Assembly: GCF_004010195.1 (NCBI RefSeq)
Contig: NC_057756.1
Location: forward strand, 4,594,413-4,631,475
DNA: 37,063 nt
Origin: Chiloscyllium plagiosum
Lineage: Eukaryota
Reading direction: 5' to 3'
The translations under genes were made by a program, and so were the position numbers. Under the pieces are notes generated by a model that saw nothing but the letters and a program-made list of their open reading frames with translations, searched no databases and was not told where the DNA came from. The stretch's first letter is position 1, and each line of letters begins with the position of its first letter. Positions 34,660-37,063 of the stretch are shown piece after piece.

Positions 34660-35204
34660 CTTACAGGTTGAAGTCAGAAGGGCATGAGAGAGAGTTTCCA
34701 CACAGATCATTGTTGAACTCCAAGCCAGTTCTGGACTGAACTAAACTGCTCAGGTAGAGAGCAAGGCGAAAGTGAGTACAGCAGATGCTGGAGTTGAGAG
34801 TCACGAGTGTGGTGCTGGAAAAGCACAGCAATCAAGCAGCATCCGAGGAGCAGGAAAATCAATGTTTTGGGTAAAAGCTGATGAAGGACTTTTGCACGCA
34901 ACTTCGATTTTCCTGTTCCTCGGAAGCTGACTGACCTGCTATGCTTTTCCAGCAACACACTAGCGAGACAGCTGACCATTCCCCTTTCTTTATACAGGTC
35001 AATTCTAAAACATGACCACTTTGGCGAGGAGAAGCACCTGTTTACATATAAACAAAAAGACCTCTCAATACCCTTTAATCTCTGTACCAAACCAGACTGA
35101 TCAGAGACCGGCCTGGTTTGTTACTCCTCTGAAAAAAATCAAGGACAGAGTATCCTTGAGCCTAGGAACAGCTTTATAAAAGAAAAGGGTGTTGCTTTGT
35201 GACA
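34660..35204 (-). mobile_element. Partial LTR related to 20115-20729, interrupted by a palindromic repeat at about 34765-34960
   Basis: Shared tgaccattcccctttc..tgtttacatataaacaaaa..tatccttgag..gctttgtgaca. Confidence 0.75.
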
Positions 35205-36164
35205 AAAGGCACAACCTGTCTCTTGGAATACACTGATAATCGGCACCTGTTGAGTTTCTTGGAGCCAATGGAATGTAAGTGCAATGAATAAAGACAGGAC
35301 ACAATGTAACCAGGAAGAGAATTACACGGATGCAAAAAAAAACAAATTGTGTTTCTGCATATTGTGCAATTTTCAAAATTTCGGCTGGTCTGTAGGATGC
35401 AGGGTAGATAGAGTGCCAAATAGGAGGGTTTACAGTGACTGTGAGAGATTAAAGTGCACTGGCTAGTGTGTAGGGTGACAGATGTATACGGGATACGGTG
35501 CAACATACATTTAGTACCAGAACCCAATTTGGCAATTGGTCCAGGAAATACAGTCGGTGTAGGGGGATGAGGTTGGCAATTCCATCACTCGTCATTATTA
35601 GTGGGAGCATTGGTCCTGGGGAGGACGTAGCTAAATGTGGGCAAGGGGCAAATGTGACCAATCTGGTGGTGTGGTCTGTTACCAGGTTTTTGTCCAGAGA
35701 TGAGGGATGGAAGAAGTTTGAGTCCGTCTTTTTGGCAGAATTGATAGGGTTCACTGGACTTGTTGGTGTTGTCTGAAATGAAAATATAAGTGAGGACTCC
35801 AATAAGGTCGAAGTGCCAGTTCGCACATAAGGGTATGTGAGGCCTAAGCATTTGAAGAGTGGTGTCAATTTCTGCAACGTCTTGGGGAGGCTGTTTTGAG
35901 CGATGAATAGAGGTGCAGTCGTGTCCCGTGACAGAATGGCAATCACATACTTTTGACTGCAAATACCAGAATTGGAGGGTCAATGGATTGCACAGTGTTG
36001 TGGATTGCAAGTGTGCCAGGGGCACAGTGTTGAGTTTGGTCACTTGGATTTAAATTTCACCTGTATGTGCAATGGGGTGTACATATAGTAAGTTGCTGGT
36101 TTCTGTTGAATACATATTCAGGGTTTACACAAGGGCTGTCATGGTTTTAAATTTAAACCAGACC

Positions 36165-36358
36165 CATTTCCCTCGAACCAATGCACCTAACACTACGGGC
36201 AATTTAGCACTGTGGGAGGAAACCGGGCCACCCGGAGGAAACCCATGCAGACACGGGGCGAATGTGCAAACTCCACACAGATAATCATCCGAGGCCAGAA
36301 TCGAACCTGGGACCCTGCTGATGTGAGGCTACAGTGCTAACCACTGAGCCACCGTGCC
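36165..36358 (-). mobile_element. HE1-like SINE 5' half with tRNA-derived A/B boxes
   Basis: Reverse complement ggcacggtggctcagtggttagcactg..ccaggttcgattc..ggagtttgcacattc. Confidence 0.88.
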
Positions 36359-36384
36359 GGAATTGCGATGTTACGCTAATTTAC

Positions 36385-36432
36385 TTGGAGTGTGCTCCAC
36401 TAAGAAACCTGCACTGGAGCCGATCACAATTC
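36385..36432 (-). pseudogene. Gene B shortened TM-type exon (48 nt, phase 1-1) GIVIGSSAGFLVEHTP
   Basis: tag|GAATT start identical to the gene A TM exon; donor A|GTAAAT at 36384; hydrophobic core missing. Confidence 0.5.
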
Positions 36433-36705
36433 CTATTTAATCACTGATTTAATGTCCTTTGCATAATCTGATCCTGTGTTTGTGCTTTGCTCAGAACAAC
36501 CTTTCTTCCCCACATTCCTCTCACCAACAAACGTTGCTCCTCTCTCGAAATAAGATTCAGTGAAAACTTATTTTCATTTCTAACATATTGCAGTGTTTAT
36601 ATTCTATGAAATTGAGTAGCCATTTCGTTTTATTTTCCCCCTTTCTGGTAAAGGAATTAAACAGTTTCGAACACTATGCATTTTTCATGTATGTGCCAAC
36701 TGTAG

Positions 36706-37063
36706 CACCTCCATCCGCCATGAGCAGGGCCTCCAAGCTCTCCGCGTTTTCCTCTCCAGACGTCCCCAACAGTAAAACTCAGAATTGCAAAGGACCCACT
36801 CTGTACTACATCCTCAGGAGAATTTATACTCTCAACAAACAGTATTTCAATTCCATCTCAAACATCAAAAACTGTAAGTACAACAAACTTTTATCTACCC
36901 AGCTCCATAACCAGCGCTCCTCAAACATTCCAGAAGATTCCCCTGGCCTCAGAAACACCATTAGCCATGCGGCTGATGCAGCTACCACCACGACGCTGAT
37001 TGATGATGTCACTTCTGCCCCCATCATGGCCACTCCCACAGCCACTTCCGCCCCTCACATCAT
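36706..37063 (+). mobile_element. Second-family Penelope-like element fragment running off the window
   Basis: TSIRHEQGLQALRVFLSRRP (PLE RT motif), then an open frame QNCKGPTLYYILRRIYTLNKQYFNSISNIKNCKYNKLL.. to the window end. Confidence 0.7.

Overview
Eukaryotic, AT-rich, repeat-dense DNA with two N gaps. The repeat set (HE1-like tRNA-derived SINEs, CR1/HER1-like LINEs with (TTCTATG)n-type tails, Penelope-like elements, Gypsy LTR remnants) points to a cartilaginous fish, probably a shark (inference). Between the repeats, on the minus strand, I reconstruct by hand two tandem paralogous genes that the ORF track mostly misses. Gene A (ATG at 21021, running down to about 1311) has open, phase-compatible exons for a signal peptide, one 4-Cys Ig-like domain, a transmembrane helix and a juxtamembrane segment. 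These are followed by about five decayed exons resembling death-fold domains: three CARD-like and two death-domain-like, one of them close to the TNFR1 death domain. Gene B (36432 down to about 29100, 5' end not found in the window) is a more decayed paralog with a half-deleted TM exon and several CARD-like exons. The implied architecture, an Ig-ectodomain receptor with a tail of tandem CARD/DD modules, is the main candidate novelty. All domain calls are by-eye pattern matches across stops and frameshifts and need HMM or structure confirmation. The Penelope-derived repeats carry minimal hammerhead-ribozyme motifs.
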